The notes below the pieces were generated by a model. That model was not told the origin of the DNA and searched no databases. It saw only the letters and a program-made list of their open reading frames with translations. A DNA stretch of 60,796 nt from a virus (lineage: Duplodnaviria; Caudoviricetes), in IMG/VR virus record IMGVR_UViG_3300030450_002344, positions 1 to 60,796 of that record; one strand, 5' to 3'. The position numbers and the translations under genes are program-made. Below are positions 16,059 through 26,369 of the stretch, piece by piece; within the stretch, counting starts at the first letter, position 1, and the number at the start of each line of letters is the position of its first letter.

Positions 16059-18038
16059 ATGACCGTTTTCGCTTTAAACCAACAATTCCTAGACACATAC
16101 AAAGATAAACAACCTGAGTTTGGTTGGAATGGTTTAGGTGAAGTAGTCTTCTTACGTACCTACTCACGATCAGATAACCCTAAGACACAGGGTTTAGAGA
16201 AGTGGCATGATGTATGTGAGCGTGTCATCAATGGCATGTATCAGATACAACAAGATCATATGACTAAAGAGTCATGGGATTCTGATAAGGCACAGCGTTC
16301 AGCACAAGAAGCGTTCGACCTTATGTTCAGGATGAAGTGGTCACCTCCGGGCCGTGGCTTATGGATGATGGGTACTGACTTTGTAATGAACAGAGGAGTA
16401 TCTGAGTGCCTACAAAACTGTGCGTTCATTTCATCTAAGCACATCTACAAAGAAAAAGGATCATTCTTCTCATGGATAATGCACATGAGTATGCTCGGTG
16501 TAGGTGTGGGCTTTGATACTGAGGGTAAAGATATCCTTACAATTAACAAACCAGAAAAGACTAGGGCTATTATAACAATTCCTGATACAAGAGAAGGATG
16601 GGTCAAGTCAGTTGAGCTACTCATAAACTCGTATCTCATGCCGGAGCGTATGGCTACAATCGAATTTGATTACAAAGATATACGACCAAAGGGGGAACCG
16701 ATTAATGGATTTGGTGGTATTGCTAGTGGGCCTGACCCTCTACGCCAGCTGCATCGTAGTATCCGAGAGGTACTAAACAATAAGATTGGTGAGAAGCTAG
16801 GCACCAGAGAGATAGTAGACTTAGCAAACATGATAGGTCGCTGCGTTATTGCAGGGAATGTTCGACGTTCTGCTGAGATAGCATTTGGTCAAGAGGATGA
16901 TGAGACATTCATAGACCTAAAGGATTACAACAAGTACCCTGAGCGTATAGATTATGGGTGGGCATCTAACAACAGCGTGTTCATAACACCTGAGTCGGAC
17001 GTTAGCAAATTAGCTGAACGCACATGGCACAATGGTGAGCCGGGATTTGCTTGGTTAGATAACGTACATAACTATGGACGAATGAATGGTATAATAGATA
17101 CAACGGATGAACATGCACTAGGCTTTAACCCATGTGGTGAACAGCCTTTAGGACACAAAGAAATGTGTACGCTTGTTGAAATCTACTTGCCGCATATCAA
17201 AAGCAAGGAAGAGTTCAGAAGAGTTATCAAGTTCGCTTACTTATATGGTAAGACTGTCACTCTCGCCTCCTCTAACATAGAGGATGGAACATCCAGAGAG
17301 ATTATGGCAAACAACAGACGTATTGGTTTGTCCCTTACTGGTATCACACAGTTCGTAGGTAAGCATGGTAACGAAGTACTTAAGGATTGGATGGACCATG
17401 GATATCATTGGAGTGGTGACTATGATCGAATCTATTCCCAGTGGTTTGATGTACCTACGAGTATACGCAGGACATCTGTTAAGCCGAGTGGTACGGTATC
17501 TCTCGTAGCCGGTGTAACTCCCGGTATTCACTACAATGTAGAGGGACGATTCCATATCAGACGTGTCACATTAGCTGACAATAGCCCCCTTGTAGAGCCA
17601 CTACAGGCTGCAGGATACCACGTAGAACCTGCTGTGATTGACCCTGATAACTCCGTAATAGTAGAATTCCCTGTAGATGCAGGTGTAGGTGTACGCTCTG
17701 AAGCAGATGTAGAACCTATGGAACACCTAGAGTTGATAGCTGACGTAGCTAGATTCTGGGCAGACAATGCAGTGAGTGCTACTGTTAAGTTCGACAAAGA
17801 AGAATACGGACCTGAACAACTAACAGAGATGATTAACTGGAGTAAGGATAAGGTAAAGGATATAGCGTTCCTACCCCTTAGTCCTACTGGTGCATACCAA
17901 CAGGCTCCATACGAGAGTATTACCGAAGAGGAGTACAACGCTAAGAAACAAAACCTACAACCATTGGTACTATCAGCTATTGGTGATGGCGATAAGCAAG
18001 CGGACCTATACTGTGATGGAGATGCTTGTGAAATATAG
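16059..18038 (+). CDS. nrdJ: Class II (B12-dependent, monomeric-type) ribonucleotide reductase
   Basis: RTYSR, PPGRGLW, NCAF, GNVRRSA, NPCGEQPL, VKPSGT, C-terminal CDGDAC. Confidence 0.95.
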   Translation: MTVFALNQQFLDTYKDKQPEFGWNGLGEVVFLRTYSRSDNPKTQGLEKWHDVCERVINGMYQIQQDHMTKESWDSDKAQRSAQEAFDLMFRMKWSPPGRGLWMMGTDFVMNRGVSECLQNCAFISSKHIYKEKGSFFSWIMHMSMLGVGVGFDTEGKDILTINKPEKTRAIITIPDTREGWVKSVELLINSYLMPERMATIEFDYKDIRPKGEPINGFGGIASGPDPLRQLHRSIREVLNNKIGEKLGTREIVDLANMIGRCVIAGNVRRSAEIAFGQEDDETFIDLKDYNKYPERIDYGWASNNSVFITPESDVSKLAERTWHNGEPGFAWLDNVHNYGRMNGIIDTTDEHALGFNPCGEQPLGHKEMCTLVEIYLPHIKSKEEFRRVIKFAYLYGKTVTLASSNIEDGTSREIMANNRRIGLSLTGITQFVGKHGNEVLKDWMDHGYHWSGDYDRIYSQWFDVPTSIRRTSVKPSGTVSLVAGVTPGIHYNVEGRFHIRRVTLADNSPLVEPLQAAGYHVEPAVIDPDNSVIVEFPVDAGVGVRSEADVEPMEHLELIADVARFWADNAVSATVKFDKEEYGPEQLTEMINWSKDKVKDIAFLPLSPTGAYQQAPYESITEEEYNAKKQNLQPLVLSAIGDGDKQADLYCDGDACEI

Positions 18039-18056
18039 GGGGTGATCCATATCTAA

Positions 18057-18188
18057 TGTTAGTAAAAGATTATGAAAAACTTTTGGCGGGGAAACCAAAA
18101 GAAATGACGTTTGGCACATGGGCCAAGCTGATGAATAGAAAGGCATTGTATGAGCGTAGGAGACCAATCAACCACCCATTTATCTGAT
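18057..18188 (+). CDS. Possible 43-aa protein
   Basis: Extended SD GGGGGTGATCC before ATG; MLVKDYEKLLAGKP... Confidence 0.4.
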
Positions 18189-18752
18189 ATAGAGAATAGG
18201 ATTAGAGCCTGTCGCCAGTGTGGATTACACAACAATAGGACATTTGGCGTAGCAGGTGAAGGCCCTGTAAACGCTGATATAGTAATTATAGGAGAAGCTC
18301 CCGGTGATCAAGAGAACCGCACAGGTAAACCGTTCATTGGTTATTCGGGGCAACTCCTTACAAAGATACTGCAAGATGCAGGATACTCCAGAGCAGATAC
18401 ATATATAACAAACATGGTGAAGTGTTGGGTAGGTGATGGCAACCCTGACCCCAAGCAGCACGAGATAGATGCATGTGCACCATGGCTCGATCAACAATTA
18501 AAACTTATTAAACCAAAGGGTGTGATTACTTTCGGTAGGTTCTCTACCAACAAGTTTATTGACTTTCCAAACAAGGGCGGAATAGGAAAAATACAAGGGC
18601 ATATACGTCGGGGGTGGTGGGACTCCACACATCCAACATATATTATGCCCCTATATCACCCTGCTTATCTAGCAAGGTCTCGTGACGAAATACCTAATAC
18701 AATGGAACATCTAGTTAAATTCAGACAACTTATTGATGATTTGATTTGGTAG
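18150..18752 (+). CDS. udg: Family 4 uracil-DNA glycosylase
   Basis: CRQC, GEAPG..E...G.PF.G.SG, TN.VKC, YHPA. Confidence 0.93.
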   Translation: MSVGDQSTTHLSDIENRIRACRQCGLHNNRTFGVAGEGPVNADIVIIGEAPGDQENRTGKPFIGYSGQLLTKILQDAGYSRADTYITNMVKCWVGDGNPDPKQHEIDACAPWLDQQLKLIKPKGVITFGRFSTNKFIDFPNKGGIGKIQGHIRRGWWDSTHPTYIMPLYHPAYLARSRDEIPNTMEHLVKFRQLIDDLIW

Positions 18753-18938
18753 CTAGGCCAGATTGTTTTCCGGCGCTGACTCATTCCATAACTTATCATC
18801 ATAGAATTCCAGCTGCTTTTCTAGCTGTGCAATCTTCTCATCTTTTTGTTTAATCGTCTGCTCTAAGATACGACACTGTATGCCTAGCTCACCATAAGCT
18901 AGTATCAATTCGTCAGGTGATATCTCAAGTTGGTTCAT
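18753..18938 (-). CDS. Small coiled-coil protein
   Basis: ORF directly downstream of the holin. Confidence 0.55.
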   Translation of the reverse strand: MNQLEISPDELILAYGELGIQCRILEQTIKQKDEKIAQLEKQLEFYDDKLWNESAPENNLA

Positions 18939-18939
18939 G

Positions 18940-19155
18940 CTACTTTAATAGGTTTCCTGACTTGTCACCTGAGTGCTGTGCTACGTAAGTCTTTACAACT
19001 GACAGTACGGCTGCAACACCTGCAGCTGCCCCTGCTTTCATAGGCTCAACATCCATACCAACCATAGGGCCAGCAGCAACGATACCTAGAAAAGCCTGAG
19101 CAAATGTCATCACACAGCGTTCTCCTAAATCCTGCAATTTTTCTTTCTCAAACAT
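18940..19155 (-). CDS. Holin (r1t-like)
   Basis: ERCVMTFAQAFLG and two hydrophobic helices; GGAGG SD. Confidence 0.8.
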   Translation of the reverse strand: MFEKEKLQDLGERCVMTFAQAFLGIVAAGPMVGMDVEPMKAGAAAGVAAVLSVVKTYVAQHSGDKSGNLLK

Positions 19156-19164
19156 TTGTACCTC

Positions 19165-19968
19165 CTACAGTACTATATCCATATCAACAGACGCATCTTC
19201 CGTCTTGATATCTATTTTAATTCCGCCTAATGCGGCGGGGGACATCATACCCTTCTCAACATATGTGGAAGAATTTTCCATGTATCCCTTCAACCAACTT
19301 CCTGTACACGCTAGGATAACATCCTTGTGTGCCAGCCTCTTTGCACTACTTGCATACAGCTTTTGTACCTTCGTCGCTATCTTCTTATGGTGGTGACCTA
19401 TGAGATATATGTCTGCGTCAAAAGAATGTAGCATCTTTTCCAACTGAGTAATTGGCCCGGCAATAGACGAACCTCCACCTCTACCGTGGTGTAACCATAT
19501 AGAGCATGATGGGGTTGCGTTCTTAATGCGTGGGAATTTCATGGTAACAATACCTGAAGTACCTAGGAATTCACATCCTAGATAGTTAGCCAATTCCTCA
19601 TCTGTAGTCGTACCATCTTCGTACTCCCAATAGTGATGACCCTCAACAAGACCTAACCATTTTCCTTGTGTGGGTTTCAGAATGTCCTTAACTGTATTGA
19701 GGAACTCCGTTGACTTCATATCCAACGCTTGTTGAATAGTGTCGTAAAGGTTCCCCCTCTTTACTTCAGCAACGATACTGTTTCTATTTGATGGACTGCC
19801 CAAGTCAATGTAATCCCCAGTACCTATAAACTTTGGATTCTTATGCGACATTGCATAATCTATCCATCGTTGGAATCCATTGATATCACAAGCGGGTGGC
19901 CCATACTGTACGTCCCCTATTGGGAACAGCTGAACATCACTGTCAGCTTTCAAAGTCACGAGTTTCAT
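19165..19968 (-). CDS. Calcineurin-like metallophosphoesterase
   Basis: GDVQYG, GDYID, EGHH, HHG, GHHH motifs. Confidence 0.85.
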   Translation of the reverse strand: MKLVTLKADSDVQLFPIGDVQYGPPACDINGFQRWIDYAMSHKNPKFIGTGDYIDLGSPSNRNSIVAEVKRGNLYDTIQQALDMKSTEFLNTVKDILKPTQGKWLGLVEGHHYWEYEDGTTTDEELANYLGCEFLGTSGIVTMKFPRIKNATPSCSIWLHHGRGGGSSIAGPITQLEKMLHSFDADIYLIGHHHKKIATKVQKLYASSAKRLAHKDVILACTGSWLKGYMENSSTYVEKGMMSPAALGGIKIDIKTEDASVDMDIVL

Positions 19969-20003
19969 GATATAATTATACCATAGATAAAAAATAATTT
20001 CAA
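19968..20003. promoter_or_regulatory. Overlapping divergent promoters; the minus one gives a leaderless mRNA
   Basis: Minus: TTGAAA-17-TATAAT-6 nt-ATG; plus: TGATATAAT extended -10. Confidence 0.65.
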
Positions 20004-20011
20004 GGAGCTGG

Positions 20012-20266
20012 ATGCTAAAAGTTGAGTATCTTGATATTGTTGAAGGACCATGTACCTTTTGTGGTATAGAGCCGGTTGACGGTTCAATCCGTATCTCCAG
20101 AGATGAATCAGAGTTCTACACTAGCATCTGTTCCGAAGAGTGTATGGATCTTTTTGTTAGACTATCTGACAATGACAAGGTACCAGTAGACTGGAGAGGG
20201 TCATACTATGATGCATATATTGAAAAAGATAACAAGATTACTCTCGGCGCAATCAAGGACGATTAA
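20012..20266 (+). CDS. Small Zn-finger (TRASH-like) protein
   Basis: AAGGAG SD; CTFC...ICSEEC. Confidence 0.65.
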   Translation: MLKVEYLDIVEGPCTFCGIEPVDGSIRISRDESEFYTSICSEECMDLFVRLSDNDKVPVDWRGSYYDAYIEKDNKITLGAIKDD

Positions 20267-20940
20267 AAGGCCCTATGTGACTGGACCCATTCTTCTAGTA
20301 TGTCTAGTCGTTCTTTTATACTGGCAAGTTCATCGGAACTTACAGATGGTTGAGAGCTACTTGAACCCCCACCCCCGTTAATCCTACTAAGTAAATCTTC
20401 TCTACTCCATTGAGGACCGGGATCATTAGCACGACTAACAGCATCCGTTTCAAAGTGTCCGATAACTGTCTGGTCATTAGCCTCTAAGCCTAGTTCCCCC
20501 AGTATCCACTTATGTACCTTAGCTGATGCATCCATCATAGCTTCAGGCCAACTACCATCATAAATATAATCATAACCGTAGCCGGGATCTACACTGAATC
20601 CTTCATGCTCTATACCCACAGTATACTTATTCGGGTTACCACCGGGAAATGACTTCCACGATTCTTTAGCAGTACGACCAGCATGCCAAGCAGGAGAGTA
20701 TATACTCACTGTCTGAGTAATGTTTCCTTCCCTGTCAATAATGAAGTGCGCTGATTTCTGTACGCTATTATTCGTAGCCCAATCAATCATAGTTCTTGCA
20801 TACCCCTGCATGATGTGGTTAATAACTGCTATAGGTTTCATGGTTTCGGGGGGAACATCGGTGTAACCGTACATAGTAGTGCCTATGTGGTCGATGTCAG
20901 GCATCCAGCCTTTTGAACCCTTGTATTGATTGTATGTCAT
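20263..20940 (-). CDS. N-acetylmuramoyl-L-alanine amidase (endolysin)
   Basis: INH, SAHF, AWHAG, GIEHEG, GH, DPG Amidase_2 motifs. Confidence 0.9.
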   Translation of the reverse strand: MTYNQYKGSKGWMPDIDHIGTTMYGYTDVPPETMKPIAVINHIMQGYARTMIDWATNNSVQKSAHFIIDREGNITQTVSIYSPAWHAGRTAKESWKSFPGGNPNKYTVGIEHEGFSVDPGYGYDYIYDGSWPEAMMDASAKVHKWILGELGLEANDQTVIGHFETDAVSRANDPGPQWSREDLLSRINGGGGSSSSQPSVSSDELASIKERLDILEEWVQSHRAF

Positions 20941-20953
20941 GATAGCCTCCTAG

Positions 20954-21469
20954 CTATATTCTACCTTCTAGTATAACATTTAATTTGTTTTCTAGAAACT
21001 CATCACTAATGTATATTTCGCTTTCCCAAATTTCATAGTACAAGTACCCTTCACGTCTAACAGCCATCTCACGCTCTAGGTCAGCGGCCTTCTCGTAAGC
21101 CTGATGCCAATAATCACCCAGTATTTCAATTACTAAGTATGGCAGCTTATCCGTTATTAGAAAGTCAAGAACAAAACCACCGATATAGTTACGCCCACCA
21201 CCTTCTGTTCTCTGGAAGATAAAATTATGGGAGCCTTGCATCATTTGACTAAGCTTTTTATACATAATTCGCTCAGGTAATGTAGCATAAAAACCCTGTG
21301 ATGCTCTTCCTTCTAACTCCTCTGGTCCAAATACAGGTTTAGGTCTACGACGGTCTCTAAGAACTGTCTCTGTATTACTTTTAATATAAGTTCTAGGAAA
21401 CTTAGGTAGCTGAGAAGCTTGCCGCTTCCCTCTTAATGGTTTAATACCCTTTAATGGACCCAAACCCAT
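20954..21469 (-). CDS. DUF559/Vsr-like endonuclease
   Basis: FVLDF...LVIEILGDYWH...IWESE. Confidence 0.7.
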   Translation of the reverse strand: MGLGPLKGIKPLRGKRQASQLPKFPRTYIKSNTETVLRDRRRPKPVFGPEELEGRASQGFYATLPERIMYKKLSQMMQGSHNFIFQRTEGGGRNYIGGFVLDFLITDKLPYLVIEILGDYWHQAYEKAADLEREMAVRREGYLYYEIWESEIYISDEFLENKLNVILEGRI

Positions 21470-24309
21470 TAGGAAACCTCACGAAGACTCAATGTTATCT
21501 CACTATCGAAGGTTGTAGTACTCTCCTTGACCTCTGGGTATCGCAATGATTCAGTCATACCAGTGATATAGACCTGATAACCAGATTGACGAACACTTTC
21601 AGAGTTATGTGGTGTACCCAACCATCTACATCGTAGCTGGTCTCCATCGACATAGTCATAGTTTGGAATCTTTAGATTGTTAGGACCATTGTTAGAGAAC
21701 TCTACAGTGTCAACATAGAAGGGTGCAACTGTATCTGCGTCAGCAGACTTACGAAGAATTCTAAAGGTGTAGTTAGCTGCGGAGGTTACTCCTTCATAGA
21801 AAACATAACCACGTACCCATCGAGTGTGGTTCGCTAAGTATATATCTCCAAAATCACCGGATGCAGTCATTGGAGTAAACTCTTTTTCTGCGAGTATAGA
21901 ACTATCTGAAGTCTTTATTACTTGTAGATACACGTTATCCGTTCCATTTGGTACATAGATATTCGCAGCTGCAAACACGTTATCACTTAGGTCTAAATCA
22001 AATGTTCCAATAGACACACCTGCATCTCCAGTTGCAGCATCAGGCACTACTTTCATTGACCTAAAGCCGTGTGCTCTATAGATAGATGTTGTTGATAAGG
22101 TTGAACTAATTGCGGAGTACCCAGTAGGAGGAGTTCCTTCTACACCAGTTAAATATTCCATAGATGGATTAGTTACTTTATTTTTAATTTGGTGTAGTTC
22201 AGTACCATCGTGGAAGATAATAGGTATCTTCTGGTCACGAAGTGAATACAGATACTGTCTTAATTCAGCTGCACTTTTAGATTCTTGCCTACGCTGTAGG
22301 TCAATAAGATTATCATAACATTTAACTGTTACGTTCCAACCATACCGAGACTCAGGACGTACAACAAAATGATACGCCCATGATTTAAGTACTGGTGTAG
22401 TGTAGTAAGCAGTACCTCCAGTTGTTGCACGAGTTAACGTAAACTTTAATCTAATTTTCTTAGCATAGATAGATTTGTCTAGATTACCATTATCAGGAAA
22501 GGTAAGTTTTTGTAGTGGGCTAGAAATAATTAGGTCAGGATTGGCTGCTGTTATATCTGATTGTTGATGTAGTTCATTCCAAACATCTATATCATCTACT
22601 TGATATTCAACTTTTATATGGTTATTTGTAGTACCTAATCCAATATTTTGTGCCGCAACAACGACATCAAAGAAAGTTTTTTCAACATCAGGTAGACCTC
22701 CATCGAACCATGAAGTGATTAGGTAACCAGAAGGCTGAAAAGCTAATGCGTAATCTTGACCAGATACGAGATCATCTAATAGATTTTGTCCCCATCTAGG
22801 CAGATATGCCATTAGTATCCTATCTTCTTTTTCTACCCCATCTTCCGCAGCATTCGTTACAGCCTCGTTTCCTATAATAATGCGTGGATAGTTTTCCCAT
22901 CCTGCGTTCCCCTTCCTAGGAATAAAGCCAACAAATTGTGTACGGTAATCTCCCGGCCCATGGTTAGCACTGTACCACTCATTAGTAGAGTATATTTGGT
23001 GCCAACCAGAACTTCCAAAAGCCATTACACGAGATTCAAGACCAGAACCTCCTGTGGCATCGCCACCAGAATCAACTGCAACATAGATGTTTGTGCCATC
23101 GTGTGTCATAGAACGAATAGTACCTACTGCACCAGAGTTGAGTGAAGCTGCTTCTGCATTTATATCTTGTGGTAATGCTGTATCATATACAGATTGTAAT
23201 TGCATAGTGTTCTCTGTTGCATTGGAGCCTTTATCTGGTCCCATGTATTGTATTGTAGCACCATCATATTTACCTAAACCACGATCTACAGTAAAGTATA
23301 AATTCCCACCAAAACTCATCATAGCTTGCCCATTAAATTCACTAATAACATGAGATAAATCAATTACCTTTTCACATGTCCAAATCTCCGTAGCAGAAGT
23401 AGATGAATTATAGATTCGATATATACCATCGTCTTTACCTATCCATAATGATCTATCATGAACACACATTCCTCTAATAACATAGGTTGAATCCCCTACA
23501 GTACCATCATTCATCCCTGTAGGTGCTGTCCATGTAGCACTACCATCACTATGAGGATCTGAGGAGTAATAAATTTCGTTTAGGTTATCTGCTCTCCATA
23601 ATTTTCCAGCAAAGGATTCTAAAAATTTAGCAGGTACACCATTATCTGCGTGTGTAGCTAAATCTGAGTTAAATCGTCTCATATTAACCGCTTCACCTTG
23701 TGCAATATACAGATTAGTATTAGCACCAGTTCCAAATGCCTGTAAGTCTCTTGGGCTAGCTGAACCTGACGTACTCATTCCTGCTGTAGCTGCAGATTGA
23801 ATCCACTTATCATGGGTATCATTCCAATAAAACAGTTTATTATAAGAACCAGAGTCACCTTCAACTAATATGTATGTATTGGCACCAAACTCAGCCTGAG
23901 CACGAATAACTCCATTTACGTCTGTATATGAACTACTTCCATCAGCGTTAGCACTAAAAGGATGTGAGTTCCAATAAGGTGCGAGAGTTACTTGGTCTGG
24001 TACTAATGTCCATACACCTTCTGATTTAAAAAACTTTGCACGGTCAGAGAAGTTTAACTCTCCAAATCCATGATGGTATGTCTTCTGTCCAAATGTATCT
24101 CGCTCAGAGAAGTCTGTGTGTTGTCGCTGTTCAGAACCAATAGAGATACGTGGGATGGCAGTAGTAATATCAGAACGAGATGGTACACCAGCGGTCATAA
24201 GACCAACATTGTCCATAACTATGTTATGGGTAACTCCAGCCTCATCTCGTGTTCCTATGGGAGGTGAGTAGGTTTCTTCTCCATATTTAAATTCACCAAA
24301 TATAGCCAT
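21469..24309 (-). CDS. Tail nozzle/stabilisation protein (beta-propeller) with CBM-like insert
   Basis: Propeller-like repeats; YLITSWFDGG..K motif; NKVTNPSME CBM-like start; synteny. Confidence 0.65.
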   Translation of the reverse strand: MAIFGEFKYGEETYSPPIGTRDEAGVTHNIVMDNVGLMTAGVPSRSDITTAIPRISIGSEQRQHTDFSERDTFGQKTYHHGFGELNFSDRAKFFKSEGVWTLVPDQVTLAPYWNSHPFSANADGSSSYTDVNGVIRAQAEFGANTYILVEGDSGSYNKLFYWNDTHDKWIQSAATAGMSTSGSASPRDLQAFGTGANTNLYIAQGEAVNMRRFNSDLATHADNGVPAKFLESFAGKLWRADNLNEIYYSSDPHSDGSATWTAPTGMNDGTVGDSTYVIRGMCVHDRSLWIGKDDGIYRIYNSSTSATEIWTCEKVIDLSHVISEFNGQAMMSFGGNLYFTVDRGLGKYDGATIQYMGPDKGSNATENTMQLQSVYDTALPQDINAEAASLNSGAVGTIRSMTHDGTNIYVAVDSGGDATGGSGLESRVMAFGSSGWHQIYSTNEWYSANHGPGDYRTQFVGFIPRKGNAGWENYPRIIIGNEAVTNAAEDGVEKEDRILMAYLPRWGQNLLDDLVSGQDYALAFQPSGYLITSWFDGGLPDVEKTFFDVVVAAQNIGLGTTNNHIKVEYQVDDIDVWNELHQQSDITAANPDLIISSPLQKLTFPDNGNLDKSIYAKKIRLKFTLTRATTGGTAYYTTPVLKSWAYHFVVRPESRYGWNVTVKCYDNLIDLQRRQESKSAAELRQYLYSLRDQKIPIIFHDGTELHQIKNKVTNPSMEYLTGVEGTPPTGYSAISSTLSTTSIYRAHGFRSMKVVPDAATGDAGVSIGTFDLDLSDNVFAAANIYVPNGTDNVYLQVIKTSDSSILAEKEFTPMTASGDFGDIYLANHTRWVRGYVFYEGVTSAANYTFRILRKSADADTVAPFYVDTVEFSNNGPNNLKIPNYDYVDGDQLRCRWLGTPHNSESVRQSGYQVYITGMTESLRYPEVKESTTTFDSEITLSLREVS

Positions 24310-24312
24310 TCA

Positions 24313-25173
24313 CTACCCCCTTACGCCTCTCTTCCTGTAACGCATAGGTCTAGCTCTATTCCTCATTGGCTTGGCAGGTCGCTTAGATCTCATACGATGC
24401 TCACGTATCCACGGTCGTAGAGAATCCATAATCTCTCGCATGACTGTAATGTTTCCACCTATATCAGAAGAAGGCGCATCAACAATACGCATACGGTTTA
24501 GATAGGCAATGGCAATATCCCGGACACCATCAAAGAATATCTCTTTCTCAACTATGTTAACGAAAGAAAGAAGAGACGATGTACCATGTGCGGCAGCAGC
24601 AGTATCCATTTTTGCTCTAGCTACTGTCAATGTTTCAGGAGAAGCAGTACGGGTAATAGCACTATACGACATTACCTCATTATCAATTTTTAAGTACCCT
24701 GTAGCGGGCCAATCAATAGTATTAGTACTAGACGAAATAGGAATAGAGGTCACTGAATCATTAATAGTTGCATTCATCGTCAAGTCAGAGGGGAACGGAG
24801 TAGGGTGACGCTCATACCATACGTGTATAGTGGCGCTCGCCGTATGACTCTCTAGGAAGTATAGGTCTGTCCCTGCTATATTCTTTTCCTCATACCAGTC
24901 AGACGCAATTTGGGGTGGACTCGTAGCTGAATCCACAAAGTCTACACGGTATATATCTTTTACAGGGTCGTTGTATGTGTACTGAAATGTACCAGTTGTA
25001 AAGCTTTTAGTTGTATCTTTGTCTTCGTACCAGAAGTACTCAGATAGATAGTTAGTTGCCCTGCGTATAGCAAGGTCTATTTCTGCATCGGTATACCGAG
25101 ATGCCGTAGTAGGGTTTCTCAACTCAGTAGTAATATCCGACCTCAAATCCGCAAGGGAATGGTGTCTACTCAT
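24313..25173 (-). CDS. Head-tail adaptor protein
   Basis: LADLR...EL...YTDAEID.AI..A helical N-terminus; synteny. Confidence 0.65.
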   Translation of the reverse strand: MSRHHSLADLRSDITTELRNPTTASRYTDAEIDLAIRRATNYLSEYFWYEDKDTTKSFTTGTFQYTYNDPVKDIYRVDFVDSATSPPQIASDWYEEKNIAGTDLYFLESHTASATIHVWYERHPTPFPSDLTMNATINDSVTSIPISSSTNTIDWPATGYLKIDNEVMSYSAITRTASPETLTVARAKMDTAAAAHGTSSLLSFVNIVEKEIFFDGVRDIAIAYLNRMRIVDAPSSDIGGNITVMREIMDSLRPWIREHRMRSKRPAKPMRNRARPMRYRKRGVRG

Positions 25174-25475
25174 TAACGCGCTCCTCTCCCCTGACTCTTC
25201 TCTAAGGATCTTGCAGCAATTTCAGCGCGTCTTACTAATGAATCCAATTGCTGTTGTGTATGTACTAACGACTGTTGCGATTGTTCTATCCGTCGTATTC
25301 TTTGTTCCCAATGTTCATACTCGCGGATGATAGGATGATTGAGCAAGCCTTCTATTTCAGGGGAGTTTCGCAACAATTGCTCTAGATCTTCTCTAATTTT
25401 TCTGAATTCTACGTCCAGTTCTTTTACACGCTGTCCGTACCATCCACGGGGTTTCTTATCTTTAGTATCCTCCAC
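25173..25475 (-). CDS. Coiled-coil hypothetical protein
   Basis: ORF coupled to the adaptor gene. Confidence 0.55.
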   Translation of the reverse strand: MEDTKDKKPRGWYGQRVKELDVEFRKIREDLEQLLRNSPEIEGLLNHPIIREYEHWEQRIRRIEQSQQSLVHTQQQLDSLVRRAEIAARSLEKSQGRGAR

Positions 25476-25587
25476 GTTTTGTACTCTTTCTCATAGTCTT
25501 CTTCCGATCTTTCCGTTTCCTAGCTTTCAGATACTTAGCCTTTCCAGCCTTTGTATACGCAAACTTTTTGCCATCAAGCATCGGCAT
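25462..25587 (-). CDS. Small very basic protein, 41 aa (not in ORF track)
   Basis: AGGAG SD; MPMLDGKKFAYTKAGKAKYLKARKRK... Confidence 0.65.
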   Translation of the reverse strand: MPMLDGKKFAYTKAGKAKYLKARKRKDRKKTMRKSTKRGGY

Positions 25588-25590
25588 TGA

Positions 25591-25797
25591 CTACACTCCT
25601 ATCAGTACCCATATGGCACTACTACCGGCCAATGCTGTAAGTAGGGTTCCCCCTCCTACAATACCAGCTCTCCATCTTTCCAAACTGCTAATCCTTCCGT
25701 TAGTAATTGCAGTATTCTTTTCTATTCTCCGAACGTGCTCTATCACATCTTCTAATTGTTCTTCAATTCGTGCGATAGCCTCACGCTGTGTAGACAT
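25591..25797 (-). CDS. Coiled-coil plus C-terminal TM protein (XhlA/holin-like)
   Basis: TNGRISSLERW followed by a hydrophobic helix. Confidence 0.6.
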   Translation of the reverse strand: MSTQREAIARIEEQLEDVIEHVRRIEKNTAITNGRISSLERWRAGIVGGGTLLTALAGSSAIWVLIGV

Positions 25798-26369
25798 TAT
25801 GCTTCAACCCAACCTTTTGTGTTGTCACCTTGATAAGTGCTTTCGCTCCAGTTGTATGTCTTTCCATCATTAGGGTAGTCAACAGGAGATTCATATGTAC
25901 CTTTATCTCTATTCCAAACCCAAGAAGCATAATCAGCTACAGGGGTTATCTCTAACCAGCCCTTTGTATTATCAGATTGGTATAAGGACTCATCCCACCT
26001 AAACAACTTACCTCCTTTATTAGAGAGTGACCAATGATCAGGATCACTAAGAGGTGCTTTCCATTTTCCAGTTGACGTATCAAGAGTCCACGAGTTACAG
26101 GTATCTCCATCATCATCTACTGGTTTATTTGGGTCATAAAAAATATCATTTGTTGCATCATATTTATAACCAATATTAGCGTGTTGACCTCTTATATTAT
26201 CGTTAATGGAGGTTTGAATCCACGTAGTGTCACTGCCAAAAAGACTCTTACAAAATGCAATTCCGACTGCTTCAGATTCTTTGTTGTCTCCATCTAGACA
26301 ATCTTCATCTGCAATCTTTGCAGTTTCAATTACTATATTAGAATCATTTAGTTGTGCAAAAGTAGCCAT
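25797..26369 (-). CDS. Tail-fibre-associated protein
   Basis: MA.FAQL...WIQTS.N..RG..A.IGY.YD...D.F pattern typical of partners of Gly-rich fibres. Confidence 0.7.
   Translation of the reverse strand: MATFAQLNDSNIVIETAKIADEDCLDGDNKESEAVGIAFCKSLFGSDTTWIQTSINDNIRGQHANIGYKYDATNDIFYDPNKPVDDDGDTCNSWTLDTSTGKWKAPLSDPDHWSLSNKGGKLFRWDESLYQSDNTKGWLEITPVADYASWVWNRDKGTYESPVDYPNDGKTYNWSESTYQGDNTKGWVEA

Noticed and set aside
16059-18038. Intron or intein in RNR, PolA or TerL
   Set aside because: Lengths and motif spacing are normal; no intein C...HN signature or frame breaks seen
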